Assembly (NCBI GenBank): GCA_002269645.1
Contig: NIVC01001785.1
Location: forward strand, 124,001-188,000
Source of the DNA: Macrostomum lignano
Lineage: Eukaryota
Direction of reading: 5' to 3'
Length of the DNA: 64,000 nt
Shown here: positions 52,335 through 62,857 of the stretch, piece by piece
Layout of the letters: each line of letters starts with the position of its first letter
How positions within the stretch are numbered: the first letter of the stretch is position 1
The notes under the pieces: model-generated
Told to the model about the DNA's origin: nothing
What the model saw: the letters and a program-made list of their open reading frames with translations, nothing else
Databases searched by the model: none
Program-made: the position numbers and the translations under genes

Positions 52335-52862
52335 GGGATTTAGGGTTTAGGATTTAGGGTTGATCCTGAGGAGTTAGGGTTGATCTTGAGGAGTTAGGGC
52401 TGATCTTAAGGATGTAGAGGCGATTATCAAGGATTTAGGGCTGATCTTGAGGATTTAAGGCTGATCTTGAGGATTTAGAGGCGATTATCAAGGATTTAAA
52501 GCTGATCTTGAGGATTTAGAGGCGATTATCAAGGATTTAAGGCTGATCTTGAGGATTTAAGGCTGATCTTGAGGATTTAGAGGCGATTATCAAGGATTTA
52601 AAGCTGATCTTGAGGATTTAGAGGCGATTATCAATGATTTAGGGCTGACCTTGAGGATTTACAGGCGATTATCAAGGATTCAGGGTTGATATTGAGGATT
52701 TACAGGCGATTATCAAGGATTCTGGGTTGATATTGAGGATTTACAGGCGATTATCAAGGATTTAGGGTTGATTTTGAGGATTTACAGGCGATTATCAAGG
52801 ATTTAGGGTTGATTTTGAGGATTTAGAGGCGATTATCAAGGATTTATGGTTGATTTTGAGGA
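52335..52862. repeat. 41-bp (20+21) minisatellite
   Basis: Unit gatttagggttgattttgaggatttacaggcgattatcaag. Confidence 0.93.
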
Positions 52863-52945
52863 TTTATTAAAAAAGTTCTGATTTTGCATTTTAGCTTCTG
52901 ATCACAGCGCACAAGTGCACCAAAGCAAACAGCTCCCGGGCTCAC

Positions 52946-53546
52946 CTTTGTACAAGACTTTCTTAACAGACGGCGCCCATTTGTCGAACTCCAGCGACCA
53001 GTTAGACATGGTGGACAGCGGCACAATGATCAGATAGGGACCATTTTCTTTCTTCTTCTCCATCAGATAGGTGATAAGAGCGATGGTCTGGATAGTCTTG
53101 CCTAGGCCCATCTCGTCGGCTAGGATGCCATTCAGGTTGTTATTATAAAGCGACACGAGCCACTGCAGGCCTTTGAGCTGGTACTCTTTCAGCTTGCCGT
53201 TGACGAGAATGCTGGCCTGCTCTCGCACCCGCTCCTGGACGCTGTGCGCGCTGCCGTAGTAGCCCTGCTGCTGGTGATAATCGTCATCCTCGGTGCCTTT
53301 CACCGCGTCGTCAATTGCCTCGTCGTCTGACGAGTCTGTTGAATCGGCGTCGGCTGCGGCGGCGGCCGCGGCGGCCGTCTGCTGCTGGTGCTGATCCTCC
53401 AGCTCCTCTGGGCAGAGCACGCCGTCCTCGTTGACTGGGATCACCCACCACCCCGGATGATCTGCTAGCCAGGCCTCCAGATCGCGGGCTAGCGGCCCGT
53501 TGTCATCCGTAAGGCGCTCGCCGGTGCTGGGGTTCAGGACTGGCAC
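52946..53546 (-). CDS. SMARCA2/4: brahma exon (BRK domain, ATPase Walker A)
   Basis: [12 protein letters not shown]...[11 protein letters not shown]...[18 protein letters not shown]...VPLSTMSNW. Confidence 0.97.
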
Positions 53547-53548
53547 CT

Positions 53549-54585
53549 GGGAATGGGATTCGGGATCATTGAAATGGGATTGGGAATTAGGGGCTTGAGA
53601 TTATTGAAATGGGATAGGGGATTAGGGGGATTGGGATCATTGAAATGGGATTGGGGATTAGGGGCTTGAGATCATTGAAATGGGATTGGGGATTAGGGGC
53701 TTGAGATCATTGAAATGGGATAGGGGATTAGGGGGATTGGGATCATTTAAATATGATAGGGGATTAGGGGGGGTTGAGATCATTGAAATGGTATAGGGAT
53801 AAGGGGGATTGGGATCATTGAAATTTGATAAGGGATTGGGATCACTGAAATGGGATTGGGGATTAGGGGGATTGGGATCATTGAAATGGGATAAGGGATT
53901 GGGATCATTGAAATGGGATAGGGGATTAGGGGGATTGGGATCATTGAAATGGGATAGGGGATTAGGGGGATTGGGATCATTGAAATGGGATAGGGGATTA
54001 GGGGGATTGGGATCATTGAAATGGGATTGGGGATTAGGGGCTTGAGATTATTGAAATGGGATAGGGGATTAGGGGGATTGGGATCATTGAAATGGGATTG
54101 GGGATTAGGGGCTTGAGATCATTGAAATGGGATTGGGAATTAGGGGCTTGAGATCATTGAAATGGGATAGGGGATTAGGGGGATTGGGATCATTTAAATA
54201 TGATAGGGGATTAGGGGGGGGGGTTGAGATCATTGAAATGGTATAGGGATAAGGGGGATTGGGATCATTGAAATTTGATAAGGGATTGGGATCACTGAAA
54301 TGGGATTGGGGATTAGGGGGATTGGGATCATTGAAATGGGATAAGGGATTGGGATCATTGAAATGGGATAGGGGAGTGGGGGATTCGGATCATTGAAATG
54401 GGATTGGGGATTAGGAGGGTTGGGATCATTGAAATGGGATTGGGGATTAGGAGGGTTGGGATCATTGAAATGGGATTGGGGATTAGGAGGGTTGGGATCA
54501 TTGAAATGGGATTGGGGATTAGGAGGGTTGGGATCATTGATATGGGATTGAGGGTTGGGAGGGTCGGGATCATTGGAGTGGGATT
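53549..54585. repeat. 27/36-bp G-rich minisatellite
   Basis: Unit ttgaaatgggataggggattagggggattgggatca, with a block duplication. Confidence 0.96.
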
Positions 54586-54795
54586 AAAGAAAACTTAGGG
54601 ATTTACTAGACAGAAATATGGATATCTGGAATCAATGAAATAGGATTAACAGAGTCCATGGTGATCTGAGTTTTTAAATGCAACGGCAAATCAAATGTAT
54701 AAAGATTGATGACCTCCACAGGGTTGCTAAATTGGAGGCAATAATTGGCCCTTTTCGGAATGGAGTTTCATGCATGAACAACCCGCCGCACTCAC

Positions 54796-55353
54796 CCTAA
54801 CAGTCGGATCTTCTACAGCCCGTTCAAGCCAGGTCTTAGCTAGTCCGTCTTGAATCTCTCTCTGCCTCAATCGGCGCTCCTTATGACGCTGAGATTTCTG
54901 CTTTTTCTTGTGCACCTTGACTAGTTTAGACAGCTTAGCAGTGAACTGGTCAGTTTGCTCTAGCAGATAGTGCAGTCTCTGGTCCTTCTGCTTGTCAATT
55001 AGCTCCCTGTAGCCTTTCTCGTCCTCGGCCATCAGCCGGCGCATTCGTTCCCGTTCAATCCGGCGAGCCTCCCTCTCGGTGTTGGCGTGCCAGGCCATCA
55101 CCAGCCGGTTGAGCTTAACCAATCGCGAATTAGCCAGCTTGTAGAACTCGCGCAGCTCTTTGCCGTGGGCCAGTACGGCATTGAGAAACTCTTGATGCTT
55201 CTGCTTTTGGCGCTTCTCCGCCTCCATCTGGCGGAGCAGCTCGGTGCGGACTGTGCCGCGAGCCTCGCGCAGGGCCACCTTTTTGGGCTTCTTGTAGGCG
55301 CGAGCGTTTAGCGCCGTGTCAAGACTGCTATCGCGGCGCGCGGTGCTGATCAC
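54796..55353 (-). CDS. SMARCA2/4: brahma exon (HSA and post-HSA)
   Basis: DTALNARAYKKPK...KHQEFLNAVLAHGKE...[33 protein letters not shown]. Confidence 0.95.
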
Positions 55354-55504
55354 CTGGGCGGGAGCGAATAGTATTACAGAATACAGGCTACTGATGAAGG
55401 GCAGTCTCTAAAGACTCAATAATACAGTGAGATGCCCCCCAGACAGTGACGAAACTACGAGTACAAAAGTGACTAAACATGGTTGATTATCCTCCAAATA
55501 GCCA

Positions 55505-55775
55505 GTCCCACAGACAGTGAGTCCCACAGACAGTGACAGTACTACATACAATGACAGTCCCACAGACAGTGACAGTACTACATACAATGACAGTCCCACA
55601 GACAGTGAGTCCTACAGTCAGTGACAGTCCTACAGACAGTGACAATCCCACAGACAGTCCTACAGTCAGTGACAGTCCTACAGACAGTGACAGTCCCATA
55701 GACAGTGACAGTCCCACAGACAGTGACAGTCCTACACACAGTGACAGGAAAACCCCTTCAGACAATCCTACAGAC
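55505..55775. repeat. ~18-bp minisatellite
   Basis: Unit cccacagacagtgacagt. Confidence 0.9.
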
Positions 55776-55835
55776 GCGACCACGCAGTAACAGGCCTGCG
55801 AGCGTACAGATACTAGTAATAAGATGATGACTCAC

Positions 55836-56324
55836 CTCCTGTCGCAACTGACGCTGAAAATTAAGCAGACGCAAAGCTCGCAGCTCAATCTGCAGCCGAG
55901 TCCGAGCTTCCTCGCTAACCGAAGCGGACATCTGCTCCAATTCACCAATGCGACCAACTATGCGGCTTTGCATTCGAAGTTCGCGTTCTTTGAGCAGCTC
56001 AACAGGGTCCAGGCCTGGCGGGCGGTCCGTTGGCACGAGGCAGTGTACAACTGGCAGGGCAGGCTGCTGCTGTGTGATAGACACTGACTGAACTGGCAGC
56101 TGGTGCTGCTGAGATTGCTGAGTCACCGATTGTGTTGGCTGCTGGACAATTGTCTGCTGCTGCTGTTGCTGCTGCGGATGCGACAAAGCCAAGTGATGAT
56201 GCTGAATCTGAACTGACTGATGATGCTGGAGCAGCGGCAGCGATACAGACACGGGTAGGTGGGTCGCCGTGGCAACGCCGCCGCCAGCTGCCCCGGTAGC
56301 GCCAGCTTGTTGGACAACGGCCAC
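55836..56324 (-). CDS. SMARCA2/4: brahma exon (Q-rich linker, pre-HSA)
   Basis: [19 protein letters not shown]...[18 protein letters not shown]|gtgagt. Confidence 0.92.
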
Positions 56325-56399
56325 CTGTTAATTAGTAGTATGGGATGGTTTTCTATAGAATTTATAGTTAGGTCAAAAGTAGCATCACGGGACTTATGA

Positions 56400-57148
56400 A
56401 CCCACTACTGCCCTCTATTCCCGATCATTCAGGAGGTCACTAATGCCCTCTATTCCCGATCCTTCAACAGGTCACTACTGCCCTCTATTCCCAATCCTTC
56501 AGCAGGTCACTACTGCCCTCTATTCCCGATCCTTCAGCAGGTCGCTAATGCCCTCTATTCCCGATCCTTCAACAGGTCACTACTGCCCTCTATTCCCGAT
56601 CCTTCAGCAGGTCACTACTGCCCTCTATTCCCGATCCTTCAGCAGGTTACTACTGCCCTCTATTCCCGATCTTTCAGTAGGTCACTACTGCCCTCTATTC
56701 CCGATCTTTCAGTAGGTCACTACTGCCCTCTATTCCCGATCCTACAGTAGGTCACTACTGCCCTCTATTCCCGATCCTTCAACAGGTCACTACTGCCCTC
56801 AATTCCCGATCCTTCAGCAGGTCACTAATGCCCTCTATTCCCGATCCTTCAGCAGGTTACTACTGCCCTCTATTCCCGATCCTTCAACAGGTCACTACTG
56901 CCCTCTACTCCCGATCCTTCAGCAGGTCACTACTGCCCTCTATTCCCGATCTTTCAGTAGGTCACTACTGCCCTCTATTCCCGATCCTTCAGTAGGTCAC
57001 TACTGCCCTCTATTCCCGATCCTTCAGTAGGTCACTACTGCCCTCTATTCCCGATCCTTCAACAGGTCACTACTGCCCTCTATTCCCGATCCTTCAACAG
57101 GTCACTACTGCCCTCTATTCCCGATCCTTCAGCAGGTCACTACTGCTC
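56400..57148. repeat. 35-bp minisatellite
   Basis: Unit cactactgccctctattcccgatccttcagcaggt. Confidence 0.97.
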
Positions 57149-57190
57149 TCAACTCTTGACAAGCCTACACTGCCCGCTCTTTTCCCGCAC

Positions 57191-57554
57191 CTTCGGCAGA
57201 GCGGACATGGACACAGTTACAGCAGACGGCTGCACAGCTGTAGACAAGCCAGCAGACAAAGCCACCACAGCCGTGCCAGGCAGTGCTGTGGCCATCACTT
57301 CAGACACAACAGTAGCCACAGGAGCCGACTGAATCTGGCTAGACTGGGCCAGTAGCTGAGCAATATTCTCAGGCACAGGCCGAGTCAGCGAGCTGCCCAT
57401 AGCCTGCGCTCTCAGCGCATCTGGTATCGGCTGATTCCGGCTCAAACTCTTGTAGGCATTGATTTGAGCTCTCAGCTGGGACAGCTGTGCAGGTGAGAAT
57501 GGCGATCCCTCCGGTTGCTGATTGACAGAAGACTGTGGCGCTATTGTTGCCATG
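57191..57554 (-). CDS. SMARCA2/4: brahma/SMARCA2/4 exon (QLQ domain); the ATG at 57553 may be the start codon
   Basis: PFSPAQLSQLRAQINAYKSLSRNQPIP, with boundaries cccacag| and |gtgcgg. Confidence 0.88.
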
Positions 57555-58347
57555 CTGTGGGACATGCAGCAAAGTATGTTTTAAGCCTTAATCTATAGCA
57601 GAAGAATTTGATAAATTACCAGATTCAAATCATCAAATCATCCTTCTAGCATTGGTGGTCTCAAAACAATTTTACCAGCATAGCAACAAGATGGCATTGC
57701 TTATTAAAGGCCTATATTTAGCTAGGATTATTAGGATTAGTTCAAAAGATATAATGTGTAATAGTATGTATGGCGACCCCTAGTCTTTCAGGACTGAACA
57801 ACTATATGCAGACTTCAGATGTGCTATGCAATAGCTGCAGCTAAGCTATTGGTGCACATCTACCCATTGGGGTAGGTATAATCAATTATTATTATTAGGC
57901 CTTAAACAAATAAAAAACCTATAGCATAGTCACTAAAAGTAGATAGGCATTTAAGACATTTTGCTAAGCAAATATTTAGACAAATTGTTTTTTGATAAAC
58001 AAAAGTTTCTAGACTAAGATTACCATTTTTATAAGAATGCTTATGCCAATTGAAATTTTAGATACAATACAACTTTTAACTAACTGTTTTAATTAGCATC
58101 ATAAAATATTAGAAGAATTGGTCTAGCAGATAAGAAGTTAGATGTGATAATATGGCAAAATTTAAAGATTTTTAGGCCCCTATTATGATTTTGATTTTGG
58201 TTTTCTAAATTTCAGAATTTTTAAGTGCAAATTTTTATTTAAAAAATGTTGCTTTCTAAGTGGACTGATTTTTTGCTTGGAGTCTAGTTCCAATTTTTCG
58301 ATTTAATAGGGCCTACTCTTAGAACTTCAATACTGTTTAGGCCTAAT

Positions 58348-58848
58348 CTACACTCTCGAATCTGTTATATGGTACGCCAGAAAAAATGACCCCTTACGCC
58401 ATAAATTTAAGTTTATGCCAGAAAAAAATTTTGTACATGATATATATGCCGGAATGAAATTGCAACGTTACGCCAAATTGAAACTCAAATTTTAGGTCCC
58501 TTTTCTTTTTGAGTAAAATTACCTTTTACTTTATTAAACACAAAAATCTGGAAATAAATAAATAGTAACTGTTGTATAGTGTTTCTTGTTTTGTATTTTG
58601 TTTTAACATTTTGTTCATAAAAACATTTTTAAACGTTTTTTGTACGTCAATTGAATATACAATACGTGAATACATCATTTTATATGTCTACTGCCACGCC
58701 AAACATATATGCCAGACACCGATACGCCGGCGCAGTGGCGCACAATTGGCATAGCTGTTGTGTTATGCCGGATGTTATACGCCAAGCATATTTTCAGGTC
58801 TACTGTACGCCAGAATTTTCTGGCGTATATATAAGATTTGGGAGTGGG
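58348..58848. mobile_element. ~500-bp MITE-like element with TACGCCA subterminal motifs
   Basis: Imperfect ~35-bp TIRs (cactctcgaatct...tacgccagaaaa versus cactcccaaatct...tacgccagaaaa). About a dozen tacgcc/tatgcc motifs inside, and ggcctaat on both sides. Confidence 0.65.
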
Positions 58849-59422
58849 GGCCTAATGATTATGATTTTTAAAAGCTAGGCCTATTTTGTCATATTTTTGT
58901 AGACCTATAAATTGATCTAATTAGAAAATACACAATTGATAATATGCTATGGATATTGTACATCAACATCTTGAAATTGAAATTTGAAAATGGTTGAACT
59001 TATAGTAATTAAAACATGTAAATTCACAAGAACTATGGTTTTTGCTAGCTAATATATTATGGCAATAACCATTTTGGTGATAGACTGAAAACCCATAGCA
59101 GCAACATAGACTAATAGGTTGTAATAAATAAATAAATAAATAAAATTAGGCCTTACAAATTAAAAATAAAACAAATAAAATTACTGTTTAGGCCTACTAT
59201 GCTACAGGTGCATTCAGGTGGCTACAGGCAAGCAAGAGTGCTTTTTTATAAGCCTAGTTGATTGCAAAAAATCAGCACAGATATAATTGCAGATGTAGCT
59301 AGTCAAAGCTATCTAGTCTTTATAGTTGACAGTATTGATACTATGTCATGTCACACCATTGTTGCAAGTCTTATGCTGCCATCGGGAGCACTGATTGCAT
59401 TGCAATGCTTGTTGTCTGCTTT

Positions 59423-60302
59423 GGCAATCCTACACTTCCGTTTGGTAAATTATTTTCACATTTGAATTCGTACCACCGAGTCAAATGACGTTGATTGGCA
59501 ATGTGTCTATGGCCAAAAGTTTGAGCAAATAGAGTTTAAAGGGGTGCAAACTATTCTAAACTAAACTATAGTCTAAACCATAGACTATTTGGCTTCTGAC
59601 TGAGCCATAGATATTTTTTCCGGTCGGAAGCACACTGGTCCCTGTACAAAAGGAATGGGCAACACGAACAGCATACATGCGCAACAGTCGGCCGAGTCGG
59701 CCGATCCGGCCGACCGATTTGGCAGCCAATCAAGGAAGTCGCAAAAATGCCCACCCGAAAAAATACCAAAGTAGTATTACTAAGTAGCTGACGAGGCATT
59801 TTGACCTAATAAGACAGTCATAGTTACTCCTGCCGTTTACCCAAAGTTGCGTTAATTTTGCGTATGGTTTTTTTAATTACATGTAAGTCGCATTTTTGGC
59901 CAAAAACTACGTCGCATTTTTGTTAAAACTAAGTCGCATGGCCGACTGAATTTTGGAGGTTGCGCATGTATGACGAACAGTATAAGAAACGTTCTTTTTC
60001 CTAGCCCCAGTCAGTTCAAACAGAGAAGCTGATCCATCTCCTTACTTGTCTAGCTTTTTGACAGTTTGTTTTATTGAGCTTCTCATATCTTCCTGTCTTC
60101 ATTGCCATGGCTAGGCGACCTGCAGCACCCGGGTTCATCATCCCATTAAATGAGGTTCAAAACACCGCCGAGCTACTCAATCTCAACATGTCGCTACGGG
60201 ATCTGCACATCGTCACCCAGGACACCCTGTCTGCAATGCAGTGGTTTCAAATTCAAAATTCAAATGTCAAAATAATTTACCGAACGAAAGTGTAGGATTG
60301 CC
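59423..60302 (+). mobile_element. Internally deleted Merlin/IS1016-like DNA transposon
   Basis: 46-bp TIRs (43/46 match) starting GGCAA. 8-bp flanks tctgcttt and tctgcttc. A short ORF (ATG at 60107) ends at the right TIR. Confidence 0.7.
59672..59972. mobile_element. 301-bp MITE, hAT-type, nested in the Merlin-like element
   Basis: Perfect 14-bp TIR CATACATGCGCAAC and perfect 8-bp TSD ACGAACAG (59664-59671 and 59973-59980). Confidence 0.88.
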
Positions 60303-61619
60303 TCTGCTTCTTTATGACAAAAAACACAATTAGACATGATTGTTAATAGAGGACTGACTGGCTGACCTACTTATATCGTATTGGACCTCACTTTAAGCTG
60401 CAATATAGGGCTACCCACAATGCAGATGGCTTGAAGATTGCATATGGGAATTTGTATATTACATAGGCCCTAGAATGGCTAGATTGTATTTGTCAATGAG
60501 AAATACTGATAGATCATTACATTAGGCCTAGTTACAATTTGTTTAGAAGTGCAAGCTGGGAATTTGTATTTACATATTTGTACTTCTTAATGATACACAG
60601 AGAGATCATTACAATTCATTTATGAGCGCATATGGGCCAAAAGTCACGGAAAAAACGTAAAATAGTGCCTAGGCCTATCGTAAAATTGAAATAGGTTCAT
60701 TTCAATTGAACCAGAGAAAACCGAAATATACACTGCAAACTAGACAAAAAATGGAACACAAGAGTTTTTAACTATCTTAAAATGCGCAACGCGAGCCAAC
60801 TTATGTTAGACGGAAGTTTGGGTAGAAAAATTTTTTGGTAGAAAAACCAAAGTGAGGACGCAACTTAAAAAACCGATGTTTTGGAAAATTGAAATTTAGA
60901 GTAAATTAAGCCCATATAAACACAAATAAAGACCATATATGAGTAGAGTAGCAATTAAAGTGTGTTCTAGGACGTCGCACAAGCCAATTACAGGAACTTT
61001 CAGCAGCAGAAAAATATGAAAATTTCAGCAGACACTTCCTGTCCTGCTCATCTCATAGCAGTCGGGCTTCAAACACGGATAATGAAGTAAGCCCAACGGG
61101 AAGCTCTAATCCATAGATAATCAAAAATAGTATCCGTCTTTAGTATCTGTGCTCTAATCAGTGACGCGTCCAAGGGGGGCTAGGGGGGGGGGGCCTGGGC
61201 CCCCCCAATTAAGCCACGGGCCCCCCTGTGGCCCTCCCAATTAAGCCACGGGCCCCCCTGTGGCCCACCCCCACTTTCAGTTTTTTTTCACTTTGGATTT
61301 CCAAAAAATAGTTTGAAAAACCCATTTTTTTCTTTTTTGCAATTTTAATTTTAGAAACAATAGTTTTTATACGAGCACTTGTAAGCTGTTGAAACCTGTG
61401 GATCTTGAACCCGTGGAATTCCAATCCCCGGAATTATTTTCGCACATTCTAGAATTTGAAGTCATACTCAAACAAAAACTTGTTAATAGTTAGGATGGAG
61501 ATGAACATAAAATGGAGTAAATTCGTGTAAAATTAAGATTTGAGGCAAGCATTGATCTCGTTGGCTGGGGTGCTGTGCAGAATATCAGGCAATGTTGATC
61601 TAAAACATGTATTGGAAAA

Positions 61620-62445
61620 GTCGGGAAAACTCTGACCTCTGTCTCTGCCTCTCTCTACATGTACATCCCTCGGATCCTTTGAAACTTCTATCTTTGCTTC
61701 TGTTTCCTCTCTTTTCTCTCATCTTTCGTCTCTCCTGTCATCTCTTCTTTCCTAGCTCTTTCCTCTCTTCTCTCTCCCCTCTTCTTTTGTCTCTTCCCCA
61801 CCTCTCTTCTCTCACGTCTTTTCTCATCTCTTCCCTGTTCTTTCCTCTCTCCTCTTTCCTCACTTTTTTCTCTCTGCTCTCCTCTCTCCTCTTTCCCCTC
61901 TACTCTCGTCTCTTCCCTTTCCTCTCTTTTCTCTCCTCTCTTCTCTTCTCTCTCATCTCTCTCATCTCATATCTTCTCTCTTATTTCCTCTCTCCTCTCT
62001 CCTCTTACTTATCTCTCTGCTCTCCACTCCCCATCTCTCTTCTCTCTACTTTCTCCCCTCTCCATTCTCTTCTTTCCTCTCCCCTCTCTCCCCTGTTGTC
62101 GATTCTCTCCCCTCTTCTCTCTTTACTCCACTTCTTTCTCCCTTTGTATCTCTTCTCTGCTCTTACACATTTTTCTTCTCCCTACTCTCTCCTCTCGTCT
62201 CCATAATCTCTTCTCTGTCCTCTGTTCTCTCTACTCTCCCATCTCTTGTCTGTTTACTGTCGTCTCTGTTCTCTGTTCTCCCCTCTCTCTTCTGTCAACT
62301 TTAATCTCTTATATGTTCTCTCATGTCTTTCCCCTATACTCTTTTATTTCCCGTCTTTGACTCCTCTCTTTCCTTTCTCCTCTCTTCTCTTCTCTTGTCT
62401 CTTCTCTTCTCTCTCCACTCTCCTCTCTCTTCTCTTCTCTCTTTG
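61620..62445. repeat. CT-rich low-complexity tract
   Basis: Irregular (CT/CTT/CTCT) sequence with no fixed period. Confidence 0.9.
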
Positions 62446-62857
62446 GTAATTAAAATGTACGTATTTTTTTCTTAGAAACACGTCACTTTAAACAAGAAGT
62501 ATACGTCTTTTTCGATACCGACTTATTTTAGCAAGGCTTCAAATTACGAGCGACTGATCTAGGGTATGTACTTTAATTTAAACTTAACATCCTGCACACA
62601 TCTCTTTACACTATTGGGTGAAATGACGAAATGACTATTTGAAGAAAAGGCTTTTGACGAAGGGTTTCTTGACGAAATGTCCATCCGCCTTTCCATATTG
62701 CTTGTTCTGGTTGTAGATCACAGATCTAATTTCTAAAGTATAACTGTCACCTAAACTAGTACTATAGAGTTGTAAGACACGGGCGTAGCCTATCGGGGAA
62801 TTTCCCATTCACTTTCCGTTTTGTTTCGTCTTTACGACTCGTTCGGGTATCTATGTG

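Noticed and set aside
61160-61290. Possible hAT-like terminus (cagtgacgcgtccaagggggg... with a duplicated ccaattaagccacgggcccccctgtggccc)
   Set aside because: No matching opposite end or TSD was found in the window.
61607-62449. Leu/Ser/Phe-rich membrane-protein-like ORFs
   Set aside because: They are translations of a CT-rich low-complexity tract.
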